Source of the DNA: an uncultured Pseudomonadota bacterium
GTDB taxonomy: Bacteria > Pseudomonadota > Alphaproteobacteria > JACZXZ01
DNA: 64,000 bases
NCBI GenBank assembly: GCA_963749075.1
Contig: CAVVLJ010000016.1
Span: 160,001-224,000, forward strand
Direction of reading: 5' to 3'
Part shown: in pieces, positions 9,884 to 19,358 of the stretch
Layout: each line of letters opens with the position of its first letter
Numbering within the stretch: the stretch's first letter is position 1
Made by a program: the position numbers and the translations under genes
Notes under the pieces: generated by a model
The model's input: the letters and a program-made list of their open reading frames with translations, nothing else
Database searches by the model: none
Told to the model about the DNA's origin: nothing

Positions 9884-10939
9884 ATGGCCGCGGCGACACC
9901 CGGGCACAAGGCTGCAAGAGAGCGAGCTCCGCAAGGCCCGGCAGCGGCGGTACGGCCGCCGCGCGAGGCAGCGCGCGCGCCCGCGCTGCCCAAGGGCGTC
10001 CTCGGCTACGTGCTGGAGACGAGCCGGCTGCATCAGCTCTGCCTCGTGGTGCTGACCGTGGCCGCCTTCCTGCTCGAGCTCGTGCCGCTCGAGCTGCAGC
10101 GGCGGATCGTCAACGATCTGACCAAGGAGCGGCACTTTCACCCGGTGGTGATCCTCTGCGCGGTCTATGCCGGCGTGATCCTCGTGCAGGGGAGCACCAA
10201 GCTCGCCCTCAACGTCTATCGCGCCTGGGTCGGCGAGCGGGCGACCCGCGACCTGCGCAGCCGCATCCGGCTGCTCGTGGGCGCCGGTCTCGCCGACCGC
10301 TCTCAAGTGGAGGCGAGCGGCATCGAGGTCTCGATGATCGTGGCGGAGACCGATCCGATCGGCGGCTTCGTCGGCGAGAGCATCTCCGAGCCGCTCCTGC
10401 AGGGCGGCGTGCTCGCCACCATGCTCGCCTACATGATCCACATCGAGCCCGTCATGGCGCTCGTTGCGGGGGCATTCTACCTGCCGCAGCTCGTCTTCGT
10501 TCCGCTCATGCAGAGCGCCATCAACCGCCGCACGGCGGCGCGCGTGTGGCTGCTGCGACAGATCAGCGTGAACGTCGTCACCGACGACGGCCGCGACGCG
10601 CGGCGCAGGCGCGCCGACCGCGGGCGCATCGACCGCGTCTTCGATCTCAACATGGGAATCTTCCGCTTCAAGTTCACCATGAATTTCCTGATGAACCTGT
10701 GCAATCACCTCGAGATCGTCGCGGCCCTGCTGGTGGGCGGCTGGTTCGTCTTGACCGGCCGGCTCGCCCTCGGCAGCGTGATCGCCTTCATCTCCGCCGT
10801 GGCCCGCCTGAACGATCCGTGGGGCGATCTGATCAACTACTTTCGCGACGTGACCAGCACGCAGGTCAAGTACCGCCTGGTCGCGGACGTGGTGAATCGG
10901 CTGGCGCTGGGGAAGGCGGCCGAGACGCCGTCCGTCTGA
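9884..10939 (+). CDS. ABC transporter transmembrane-domain protein (no ATPase domain)
   Basis: PLELQRRIVND, about 6 TM helices, LALGSVIAFISAVARLNDPW; ends with no Walker motifs. Confidence 0.8.
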   Translation: MAAATPGHKAARERAPQGPAAAVRPPREAARAPALPKGVLGYVLETSRLHQLCLVVLTVAAFLLELVPLELQRRIVNDLTKERHFHPVVILCAVYAGVILVQGSTKLALNVYRAWVGERATRDLRSRIRLLVGAGLADRSQVEASGIEVSMIVAETDPIGGFVGESISEPLLQGGVLATMLAYMIHIEPVMALVAGAFYLPQLVFVPLMQSAINRRTAARVWLLRQISVNVVTDDGRDARRRRADRGRIDRVFDLNMGIFRFKFTMNFLMNLCNHLEIVAALLVGGWFVLTGRLALGSVIAFISAVARLNDPWGDLINYFRDVTSTQVKYRLVADVVNRLALGKAAETPSV

Positions 10940-10989
10940 CGGCGCGGCGGCGATCGAGATGGCCCGCCGCAAGCGAAGCGGCGCCGCCG

Positions 10990-11802
10990 TCAGGCCGCGG
11001 CGTCGACGCGCTGCACCATGGGCCGGACGAGCGGGCGGCTCAGGTCCGCCAGCTCCGGCCGCAGGAAGGTCTCGACCGCATGGCGCCGGGATGCCGTCAG
11101 CAGGAGGAACTCGTGGAGAGGCAGCTCGGCGCCGGCGGAGGGCCGGTCCGTCGGACGCGTGCGCCACACGCCGAGCTCGGCGCCTGCGAAGCCGTGGATG
11201 CCGTGCCCGTAAGCGCGCGCCACCGCCCGCCCGGCAAAGCCGACCAGCCACGTCCAGCGCCAATGGACGACGGCCCAGAGATGGAGGAGCCGCATGAGCG
11301 GACGGATGGCGGTGCCGTCGGCCTGGTCGCGGTCGAGGCAGAGCGATGTCGAGACGGCGACCGCGCACGACGCGATGAGGCGCGCCGTGGGAGCGCTCAC
11401 GAGGCAGCGCTCGGCCGGGCGCGCCATGGCCGCCACGTCGTCGTAATAGAGGCGCAGCGACGTCAATTCCTCTTCGAGCGTCGTCTCGATCCACTTGAGG
11501 CGCAGCGCGGCACAGCCGACCGGGCCGCCGGCGCGATAGAGAAAGAGCGCGAAGGAGTCGGACGCGGTCATGGCCGGCTGGTAGCGCGGATCGGATATCT
11601 GAAAGAGATGCATGCGCCCGCGGCGCTTTTCCTGGAAGCGCACCAGGTGGCGGAAGTCGTGGGTCGCGCGCGGCTCCAGGTCCAGACGCTCGAGCGCCCG
11701 CACGAGCGGCGGAACCAGGCTGTGCCGCGCCATGCGATGGGCTTCGCTCTCGCTCCCTCTGCCGTCTCTCGGTGGCTGGAAAAGCTCCTGGTAGTGCTCC
11801 AT
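10990..11802 (-). CDS. Hypothetical protein, possibly acyl-CoA/ACP N-acyltransferase (GNAT/LuxI/FeeM-like) fold
   Basis: SFALFLYRAGGPVGCAALRL followed by SLCLDRDQADGTAIRPLMRL resembles degenerate GNAT elements; the fold call is inference. Confidence 0.5.
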   Translation of the reverse strand: MEHYQELFQPPRDGRGSESEAHRMARHSLVPPLVRALERLDLEPRATHDFRHLVRFQEKRRGRMHLFQISDPRYQPAMTASDSFALFLYRAGGPVGCAALRLKWIETTLEEELTSLRLYYDDVAAMARPAERCLVSAPTARLIASCAVAVSTSLCLDRDQADGTAIRPLMRLLHLWAVVHWRWTWLVGFAGRAVARAYGHGIHGFAGAELGVWRTRPTDRPSAGAELPLHEFLLLTASRRHAVETFLRPELADLSRPLVRPMVQRVDAAA

Positions 11803-11808
11803 GGCTTA

Positions 11809-13041
11809 TCAGGCGTCGTTTGCGAGCGGGAATTCCCTCAAGATCTCGGATGTGGTGAGGACCAGATGCTCGCCGCTGCGGTCGGCGGGGTCGGCGATGG
11901 CGAGGCGGATGTAGTCGAAGCCGCGGCCGTCGACCGAGACGACGTTATGGTGATAGGTGCCGTCCGGCTCCTCGATGGCACCTAGGGCGTGCTGGCGCAC
12001 CATCTCGGCGTAACGCAGGTCCGCCCGCTCGCGGACGTTCTTGCCCATCACGGCGGGGCCGTTCACCCCCAGGCGGGGACCTACCCAGAGAGAGATGACG
12101 TTCTCTCCCTCCACCCTGAGCAACGCCGAGGTCTCGAGGATCTCCAGGCGCGAGGCGATCTGCACCAGGCGGCCAGGCTGACGCCGCGACAGGCGCGAGG
12201 CCGCGAGGAGCGCAGCCAGGCGCTTGCTCTTGATGGCGTCGAGCGGCAGGCGCTCGCTGCGCCATTTGAAATCTCTGCGCCGCGGCCCGGCGATCGGCAC
12301 TCCGTCGAGCGCCGCCGCCGCCGAGGCGACGCTGGGGTGTGCTGCCTCGATCCATTGGCCGTCGATCTCGACGCGGCGGCGCACCGAGAGCACGGCCTCG
12401 CCCAGTCCGAGCAGCCAATCGCGCGCGCGGATCGCCGCGACGCGATCGACGGCGAGGTCGTTGTAGGCCAGGATCGCCGCGCGGTCCGCGCAGAGCGTGA
12501 TGGCGATCCAGCCGAGATTGCGCATCACATAGGCGGCCTGATCGCTCGGATGATGCTTGGACAAGCCGAGGCTGCGGCGCGCGTACTCGGCGTGGCCGGC
12601 GGGTGCGCTCTCGATGTCGCCCACGTCGGTCGACCAGAACCAGCGGTCTCCCGCCGCCTCGCCGGCAAGCTTGGCCACCATGCGCTCGACGAGCGGCGGC
12701 AGCGCCGAGAAATCCCGCTCCGTCGCACTCTCCCGCGCGCGCTCGGCGAGATCGTCGCGCCCCGAGCGGCGCAGCACGAGCTCGAGCACCTCCGGATAGC
12801 TGCTGGCGAGCCTGACGAGATCGTACCACGCCTTGGGACAATTGCCGTTGCGATAGCGCCCGATGGTCGTCGGGTGCCGCTCGGTCACCGGCGCGAGCCG
12901 CTTGTTGGCGCCATAGCCGTTGGTGATCGAGCGCAGAATCCTGGAGACTTCGCGCGCGAATTGTTCGGGCGGCGGGACGAAATCGGCGGGCCTTTTTTGC
13001 TCCAATTCCGAGCTTTTTTGCTGCAGTTGTATCTGGCGCAT
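11809..13041 (-). CDS. Hypothetical regulator: N-terminal phage-like HTH, central domain, C-terminal PAS-like domain
   Basis: ANKRLAPVTERHPTTIGRYRNGNCP HTH-like segment; C-terminal MGKNVRE...DYIRLAI resembles PAS_5/DUF1457; GAGGAGG RBS upstream. Confidence 0.55.
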   Translation of the reverse strand: MRQIQLQQKSSELEQKRPADFVPPPEQFAREVSRILRSITNGYGANKRLAPVTERHPTTIGRYRNGNCPKAWYDLVRLASSYPEVLELVLRRSGRDDLAERARESATERDFSALPPLVERMVAKLAGEAAGDRWFWSTDVGDIESAPAGHAEYARRSLGLSKHHPSDQAAYVMRNLGWIAITLCADRAAILAYNDLAVDRVAAIRARDWLLGLGEAVLSVRRRVEIDGQWIEAAHPSVASAAAALDGVPIAGPRRRDFKWRSERLPLDAIKSKRLAALLAASRLSRRQPGRLVQIASRLEILETSALLRVEGENVISLWVGPRLGVNGPAVMGKNVRERADLRYAEMVRQHALGAIEEPDGTYHHNVVSVDGRGFDYIRLAIADPADRSGEHLVLTTSEILREFPLANDA

Positions 13042-13528
13042 GACTTGCCTCCTCGTCCCGCGGCACCTAAGTCAATCGAGAGTACTGTCCGGCAAGGCTT
13101 GAGTAAGGCGATCCTTATTCCGGCGATCGGGCTCACCCAGGCTCGAGAATAGCCTGGACCGCTTGTCCAAGAGTCGAGAGTAGCAAATGGAAGCCCCTGC
13201 GACTACCGCCTTTCTACGCGCCTGACGGTCGCCGCCCCCCGAAAATTACCTTTGTATTGCACCGCGATTTCAAGATTTGGCCTGCTCGTTGCGCGAGCCT
13301 ATCTGGAAAATTGTGGAAGCGTGGCGGCGGCACAGTTGCCGGTTGTGGATACAACGGTCAAATTGCGGAATTTATTCGGCCGATACTTCAAGAAATGGTG
13401 CTTTACTATTGCGACGCGAAGAAGATTTTATATATCATACTTAGCTCGGGGGCACGGTTGGGGCGGCGCGCGGCTCGAGCGGGGACGCGGTGCGCGCGGC
13501 TTGATTGGTCGGCGGCGGAGGCCTCATC

Positions 13529-14002
13529 GTGGCAGATGACAGCCAGCTTGTCGTCTTCACACTCGATGATCGGCGCTACGGGCTTCCATTGCCCTCCGTC
13601 GAGCGAATCATCCCCGCCGTCGAGCTAGTGCCGCTCCCCAAGGCACCCGACATCGTGCTCGGCGTCATGAGTCTTCAGGGACGCATCGTGCCGGTTGTCG
13701 ACATCCGCACGCGCTTCGGACTGGCGGCGCGCGAAATGGCGGCGAGCGATCACATCGTCGTCGCGCACTCGGCGAGACGGATCGTGGCGCTGCTCGTGGA
13801 CCGGGTCGAGGGCACGCTCGACTATGCGCCGGGCGAGCTGATCGAGGCGACCGCCATCCTCCCCGGGATGCGCTATGTCGCAGGCGTGATAGCACTCAAG
13901 GACGGCATGGTGCTCATCCACGACCTCGATGCCCTTCTCTCGCTCGATGAGGAGGCCGCACTTGCCGCGGCTCTCGCAGCACCGGCGGGGGCGTCCCCAT
14001 GA
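13529..14002 (+). CDS. cheW: CheW coupling protein (WspB-like)
   Basis: LVVFTLDDRRYGLP..VERI, LGVMSLQGRIVPVVD, VALLVDRVEG; GTG start follows GGAGG. Confidence 0.92.
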   Translation: MADDSQLVVFTLDDRRYGLPLPSVERIIPAVELVPLPKAPDIVLGVMSLQGRIVPVVDIRTRFGLAAREMAASDHIVVAHSARRIVALLVDRVEGTLDYAPGELIEATAILPGMRYVAGVIALKDGMVLIHDLDALLSLDEEAALAAALAAPAGASP

Positions 14003-15504
14003 GCGAGGCACTCCCTGCGGCGTTGCTCGGCGAGCTCAGCGAATTTCTTGGCGCCCGGCTTGGCCTGGAGTTTCCCAGGGAGCGCTGGCAGGGCCTCGAG
14101 CGCGCCTTGCTTTCGGCGTCGCGCGAGCTCGACTTCGGCGACGTGGAGTCCTGCGTGCGGACTCTCTTGTCACAACCGCTCGCGCGCCGGGAGATAGAGA
14201 CGCTGGCGAGCCACCTCACGGTGGGGGAGACCTATTTCTTTCGCGAGCCGAGGGCGTTCGAGGCGCTCGAGCGGGACATCCTGCCGGAGCTGATCGCCCG
14301 CCGCCGGCGGGACAACCGGGTGCTCAGGCTGTGGAGCGCCGGATGCTGCACGGGCGAGGAGCCTTACTCCCTCGCGATCCTTCTCGACCGCCTCATCCCG
14401 GACCTCGCCGAGTGGCGCGTGACGATCCTCGGGACGGACATCAACCCGCGCTTTCTCAACCGGGCGTCAGCGGGCGTCTACGGCGAGTGGTCGTTCCGCG
14501 GCGTGGCGCCCGAGGTGCGGGCGCGGCACTTCCGCAAGACGTTGGCGGGACGCTACGAGATCCTGCCGCACATCCGGCGCATGGTCAGCTTCTCTTATCT
14601 CAACCTCGCGGAGGATTCCTATCCGGCGCTGCTCAACGATACCACTGCGATGGACGTGGTGTTCTGCCGCAACGTCCTCATGTACTTCAAGCCGGAGCGC
14701 GCCGAGCGCGTCTGCCGCGCCCTGGAGCGTGCGCTCGTGGTCGGGGGCTGGCTGGCCGTGAGCCCCGTCGAGGCCTCGCTCGCGCTCTTTCACGAGCTGG
14801 TGCCGGTGCAGTTCCCGGGCGGCACGCTCTATCGCAGGGAGAATGGTGCGTCGCCGGTCGCTCAGGCGCTCCTCCCCCTCGCCGGGGCGCGCGAGCCGGA
14901 GCTTCCCCGCTTCGCGCCGACGGGGCCGGTCGAGCCGCTGCCGCTGCCGGCCGCGGCGGAGAATCTCTCCGCCCGCGAGACGGCCGCGGAGCCGCCCAAG
15001 GCGGAGGCAGCGTCTGCCTTTGCGGCGGCGGCACCGCCCGATGCGGAGGAGCGCCGGGGCGACGCGGCGGGCCGCGGCTCGACAAACGGCGAGGCCGGCC
15101 AGACGCAGTCGATCGAGCTTCTCGCCCGCGCCGCGGCCAATCAGGGGAAGCTCGGCGAGGCGCTCGAGTGGTGCGAGCGGGGCATCGCGGCGAACAAGCT
15201 CGACACGGGGTTGCACTATTTGCGCGCCATGGTCCAGCTCGAGCTCGGCGCGAGCTCGGAGGCCGCCGCCTCGCTCAAGCGGGCGCTCTATTTGGCACCG
15301 GATCTGGTGGTGGCCCATTTCGCCCTGGCAGGCCTCGCGCAGAGGGACGGCAAGGCGCAGGACGCCCGCAGACACTACGCCAATGCGCTGGCATTCCTGA
15401 GAAAGCGCGCGCCCGAGGAGGTCGTGCCCGAGTCCGAGGGCATGACCGTGACGCAGCTCGCCGAGCTCATCGCGCGCGCGCGACTGGTCGGAGCCGCCCA
15501 ATGA
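13999..15504 (+). CDS. cheR: CheR methyltransferase with C-terminal TPR (WspC-like)
   Basis: TVGETYFFRE, WSAGCCTGEEPYS, GTDIN, FCRNVLMYF; TPR segment SLKRALYLAPD. Confidence 0.95.
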   Translation: MSEALPAALLGELSEFLGARLGLEFPRERWQGLERALLSASRELDFGDVESCVRTLLSQPLARREIETLASHLTVGETYFFREPRAFEALERDILPELIARRRRDNRVLRLWSAGCCTGEEPYSLAILLDRLIPDLAEWRVTILGTDINPRFLNRASAGVYGEWSFRGVAPEVRARHFRKTLAGRYEILPHIRRMVSFSYLNLAEDSYPALLNDTTAMDVVFCRNVLMYFKPERAERVCRALERALVVGGWLAVSPVEASLALFHELVPVQFPGGTLYRRENGASPVAQALLPLAGAREPELPRFAPTGPVEPLPLPAAAENLSARETAAEPPKAEAASAFAAAAPPDAEERRGDAAGRGSTNGEAGQTQSIELLARAAANQGKLGEALEWCERGIAANKLDTGLHYLRAMVQLELGASSEAAASLKRALYLAPDLVVAHFALAGLAQRDGKAQDARRHYANALAFLRKRAPEEVVPESEGMTVTQLAELIARARLVGAAQ

Positions 15505-16139
15505 GGACACCGCCCGAAGCCACCTCGCGCAAGCCGCGCGCCGCGGTCGACTGGCTGGAGATTCATCGCCGCATGGCCGCCGCGGCCGCGGCCGTCGAGC
15601 GCGGCGCCAGCCCGACGCGCGAGGAGCTGCAGCGCATCCTGCGCAGGCGGGCGGAGAAGCTTGCAAGTCGGCAGGCCCCCCGGCCGCAGGCGGGCGAGAC
15701 CATCGAGATCCTGGAGTTCGCATTGGCGAGCGAGCGATACGGCGTCGAGACGGTCCACATCCGCGAGGTCGCGCCGCTTGCGGCGCTGACGCCGATGCCC
15801 TGCGTGCCGCCGTTCGTGCTCGGCATCACGAGCCTGCGAGCACGCGTGCTGGCGCTCATCGATCTCAAGAAATTCTTCGAGCTGCCCGAGCAGGGCCTCA
15901 CCAACGTGAACCGCATCATCGTGCTCGGTAGTGAGGACACGGCCGTGGGGCTTCTCGCCGACGCGGTCATCGGCGTTCGCAGTTGCAGCATCGGCGAGCT
16001 CCAAACGTCGCTGCCCACCTTGACTGGACTGCGTGCGGACTATCTCAAGGGGATCGGGCCGGACGGCGTGGCCGTCCTCGATGCGCAAAAGCTGCTCGCC
16101 GACTCGAGACTCGTCGTTCACGAAGACGTGAGGGCTTAA
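15501..16139 (+). CDS. cheW: CheW coupling protein (WspD-like)
   Basis: [11 protein letters not shown]-terminal extension, [28 protein letters not shown]; ATG overlaps the cheR stop. Confidence 0.92.
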   Translation: MRTPPEATSRKPRAAVDWLEIHRRMAAAAAAVERGASPTREELQRILRRRAEKLASRQAPRPQAGETIEILEFALASERYGVETVHIREVAPLAALTPMPCVPPFVLGITSLRARVLALIDLKKFFELPEQGLTNVNRIIVLGSEDTAVGLLADAVIGVRSCSIGELQTSLPTLTGLRADYLKGIGPDGVAVLDAQKLLADSRLVVHEDVRA

Positions 16140-16188
16140 GTCTGCCGGAAGGAGCGCTGGGGCCGCGGCACGGCCCGAAGGGGGTTTC

Positions 16189-17643
16189 ATGAAGCTTACG
16201 GTCGGCGCGAAGATCTGGGCCTGCCTCGGCGCGATCCTTGTCATCCTGATCATTGTCGGGTTGGTCTCCTATCGCAGCACCTTGAAGCTGATGGACACGG
16301 CGGACCTCGTGGACCACACGCACAGCGTCATCGGCGCGCTCACCGATTTGCGCTCGACGTTGGACGACGCGGAGACCGGGGCGCGCGGCTACGTCGTCAC
16401 CGGCGAGGATCCCTATCTGGCACCCTATACCGACGCGCTCCGCAGGCTCGACCACAATATCGAGGCTCTCAAGGATCTGACCGCCGATAACCCGGTGCAG
16501 CAACGCAACATCGAGCAGATCCGCCCGCTCATCGCCGAGAAACTCGCGGCGCTCAAGGAGGCCGTCGATGCGCGGCGGGACAAGGGGTTCGAGCCGGCGC
16601 GGCAGCTCGTGGTGGCCGGCGCGGGCAAGACCGCCATGGATAATTTCCGGCGCCTCGCGGGCGAGATGGAAGCCGTCGAGCGGCAGCTCTTGGCGCAGCG
16701 AGCGGCGGAGGCGAAGGCAAGCTCGGACATGGCCGCCATGATCACGGTCGCCGGCATGCTCTTCGCCTGCGTGTTCGTGGCCGCCAGCGGCTGGTACCTC
16801 ACGCAAAGCATCGCCAGGCCGCTCAAGGAGGGCGTCAACGTTCTGGCTGCTGCTGCGGGGGAGATCGTGACGATCACGACGCAAGTGGCGTCGGGGTCGG
16901 CGGAGACGATGGCGGCGCTGACGGAGACGAGCTCGACGATGGAGGAGGTGAAGAAGACGGCGCAGGTGGCGAGCGACAAGGCGCGCTACGTCTCGGAGAC
17001 GGCGCAGAAGACGGTCGAGGTGTCGGAGAGCGGGCGGCGTGCGGTCGAGCAGTCGATCGCGGGGGTGAGCCGGGTGCGCGAGCAGATGGAGGAGGTTGCG
17101 GAGACGATCGTGCGGCTGAGCGAGCAGAGCCAGGCGATCGGGGAGATCGTGGCGACGGTGAACGATCTTTCGGAGCAGTCGAACCTGTTGGCGGTGAACG
17201 CGGCGATCGAGGCGGCGAAGGCGGGGGAGCAGGGCAGGGGGTTTGCGGTGGTGGCGCAGGAGGTACGCAGTCTCGCGGAGCAGTCGAAGCAGGCGACGAC
17301 GCAGGTGCGGACGGTTTTGGGGGAGATGCAGAAGGCGACGTCGGCGGCGGTGCTGGCGGTGGAGCAGGGGAGCAAGGCGGTGGAGGCGGGGGTTCAGCAG
17401 TCGCGCGAGGCAGGAGAGACGATCCAGCAGCTTGCGCGGAGCATCGCGGAGGCGGCGCAGGCGGCGACGCAGATCGCGGCGTCGAGCCAGCAGCAGCAGG
17501 TCGGCATGGACCAGGTTGCGCTGGCGATGGAGAACATCCGCCAGGCGAGCGCGCAGAACGCGAGCGGCACGAAGCAGGCCGAGGGTGCCGCCCACAACCT
17601 CAACGAGCTCGGCCTCAAGCTGAAGCTCATGGTGGGAACGTAG
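16189..17643 (+). CDS. Methyl-accepting chemotaxis protein with CHASE3 sensor (no HAMP)
   Basis: TM-CHASE3 ([18 protein letters not shown])-TM, then the signalling tip [35 protein letters not shown]. Confidence 0.95.
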   Translation: MKLTVGAKIWACLGAILVILIIVGLVSYRSTLKLMDTADLVDHTHSVIGALTDLRSTLDDAETGARGYVVTGEDPYLAPYTDALRRLDHNIEALKDLTADNPVQQRNIEQIRPLIAEKLAALKEAVDARRDKGFEPARQLVVAGAGKTAMDNFRRLAGEMEAVERQLLAQRAAEAKASSDMAAMITVAGMLFACVFVAASGWYLTQSIARPLKEGVNVLAAAAGEIVTITTQVASGSAETMAALTETSSTMEEVKKTAQVASDKARYVSETAQKTVEVSESGRRAVEQSIAGVSRVREQMEEVAETIVRLSEQSQAIGEIVATVNDLSEQSNLLAVNAAIEAAKAGEQGRGFAVVAQEVRSLAEQSKQATTQVRTVLGEMQKATSAAVLAVEQGSKAVEAGVQQSREAGETIQQLARSIAEAAQAATQIAASSQQQQVGMDQVALAMENIRQASAQNASGTKQAEGAAHNLNELGLKLKLMVGT

Positions 17644-19318
17644 CGGGCGTGACGGCTGCCCTCACGGCGCGCGGGGCACGAGGGAGCGGAGCGGCGGCCG
17701 TGGGGCGGCCGTGCGGCACGAAGGAGGGGCGAGTATGAGGTTCACGGTCGGCGCGCGAATCTGGGCCAACTTCGGCGCGGTGCTGGTGATCCTGATCGTC
17801 TTGGGCGTCGTCTCCTACCGCAGCATCGCGACGCTCACGGACGCGATGGACTCGGTGGATCGCACGTTCACGGTCATCGGCAGGTTGACCGACCTGCTCT
17901 CGGCACTTCAGGAAACCGAGGCCGGCCAGCGCGGCTACCTGCTCACAGGCGCCGACCGCTATCTTGAGCCCTATGAGAGCGGCTTGAAAAAGATCGACGC
18001 GGACGTTGGCGAGATCAGAACGCTCACCGCCAACGAGCCGGCCCAGCAGGGCAAGCTCGACGCGCTCCACCCCCTCATCGCGGCCAAGCTCGCCGAGCTC
18101 AAGGAGGCCATCGATCTGCGTCGGACCAAGGGCCTCGATGCGGCGCTGCAGGTCGTCCTGACCGATGCCAGCAAGAAAGCCATGGACGACATCCGCAAGA
18201 CGATCGGCGACATGAGCGGTGTCGAGAGCGCGCGGCTCGAGCAGCGCAATCGGGATGCGCAGGCAAGCGCCAGCGGCGCCACGGCGGTCGCGGTGATCGG
18301 CATTCTCCTCGCGTGTGCCGTCTCCATCGTCGGCGGCTGGTTCCTCTGGCAGAGCGTCTCGCGACCGCTCAGGGCGCTCTCGATCGTCGCGGAGTTCGGC
18401 CGCAAGCGGAGATCTGATGGCCGCCATACCCGCCAGTGCGAGTGCCGACGAGGTCGGCATGCTGACCGAGGCCTTCCGAGGGATGCTGGCAAATCTGAAG
18501 ACGATGATCGGGAGAGTCCACGAGGGGACCGGCGTCTTGGCCGCGGCGGCCGGGGAGATCGTGACGATCACGACGCAGGTGGCGTCGGGGTCGGCGGAGA
18601 CGATGGCGGCGCTGACGGAGACGAGCTCGACGATGGAGGAGGTGAAGAAGACGGCGCAGGTGGCGAGCGACAAGGCGCGCTACGTCTCGGAGACGGCGCA
18701 GAAGACGGTCGAGGTGTCGGAGAGCGGGCGGCGTGCGGTCGAGCAGTCGATCGCGGGGGTGAGCCGGGTGCGCGAGCAGATGGAGGAGGTTGCGGAGACG
18801 ATCGTGCGGCTGAGCGAGCAGAGCCAGGCGATCGGGGAGATCGTGGCGACGGTGAACGATCTTTCGGAGCAGTCGAACCTGTTGGCGGTGAACGCGGCGA
18901 TCGAGGCGGCGAAGGCGGGGGAGCAGGGCAGGGGGTTTGCGGTGGTGGCGCAGGAGGTACGCAGTCTCGCGGAGCAGTCGAAGCAGGCGACGACGCAGGT
19001 GCGGACGGTTTTGGGGGAGATGCAGAAGGCGACGTCGGCGGCGGTGCTGGCGGTGGAGCAGGGGAGCAAGGCGGTGGAGGCGGGGGTTCAGCAGTCGCGC
19101 GAGGCAGGAGAGACGATCCAGCAGCTTGCGCGGAGCATCGCGGAGGCGGCGCAGGCGGCGACGCAGATCGCGGCGTCGAGCCAGCAGCAGCAGGTCGGCA
19201 TGGACCAGGTTGCGCTGGCGATGGAGAACATCCGCCAGGCGAGCGCGCAGAATGCGAGCGGCACGAAGCAGGCCGAGGGTGCCGCCCGCAACCTCAACGA
19301 GCTCGGCCTCAAGCTGAA
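16858..19318 (+). repeat. Near-identical direct duplication of the MCP signalling domain (16858-17624 and 18552-19318, 767 bp each)
   Basis: Read side by side at offset 1694; only three mismatches noticed (caa/cag, aac/aat, cac/cgc). Confidence 0.9.
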
Positions 19319-19346
19319 AGCGGCCGTCGGCCAATACAGGATTTGA
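17735..19346 (+). CDS. Methyl-accepting chemotaxis protein, CHASE3 plus HAMP; +1 frameshift at about 18395
   Basis: [10 protein letters not shown]...[13 protein letters not shown] in one frame; HAMP (ASGDL...[13 protein letters not shown]) and signalling domain in the next; removing one T from gagttcg restores a single ORF. Confidence 0.88.
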
Positions 19347-19358
19347 GCGGAGCGCCCT

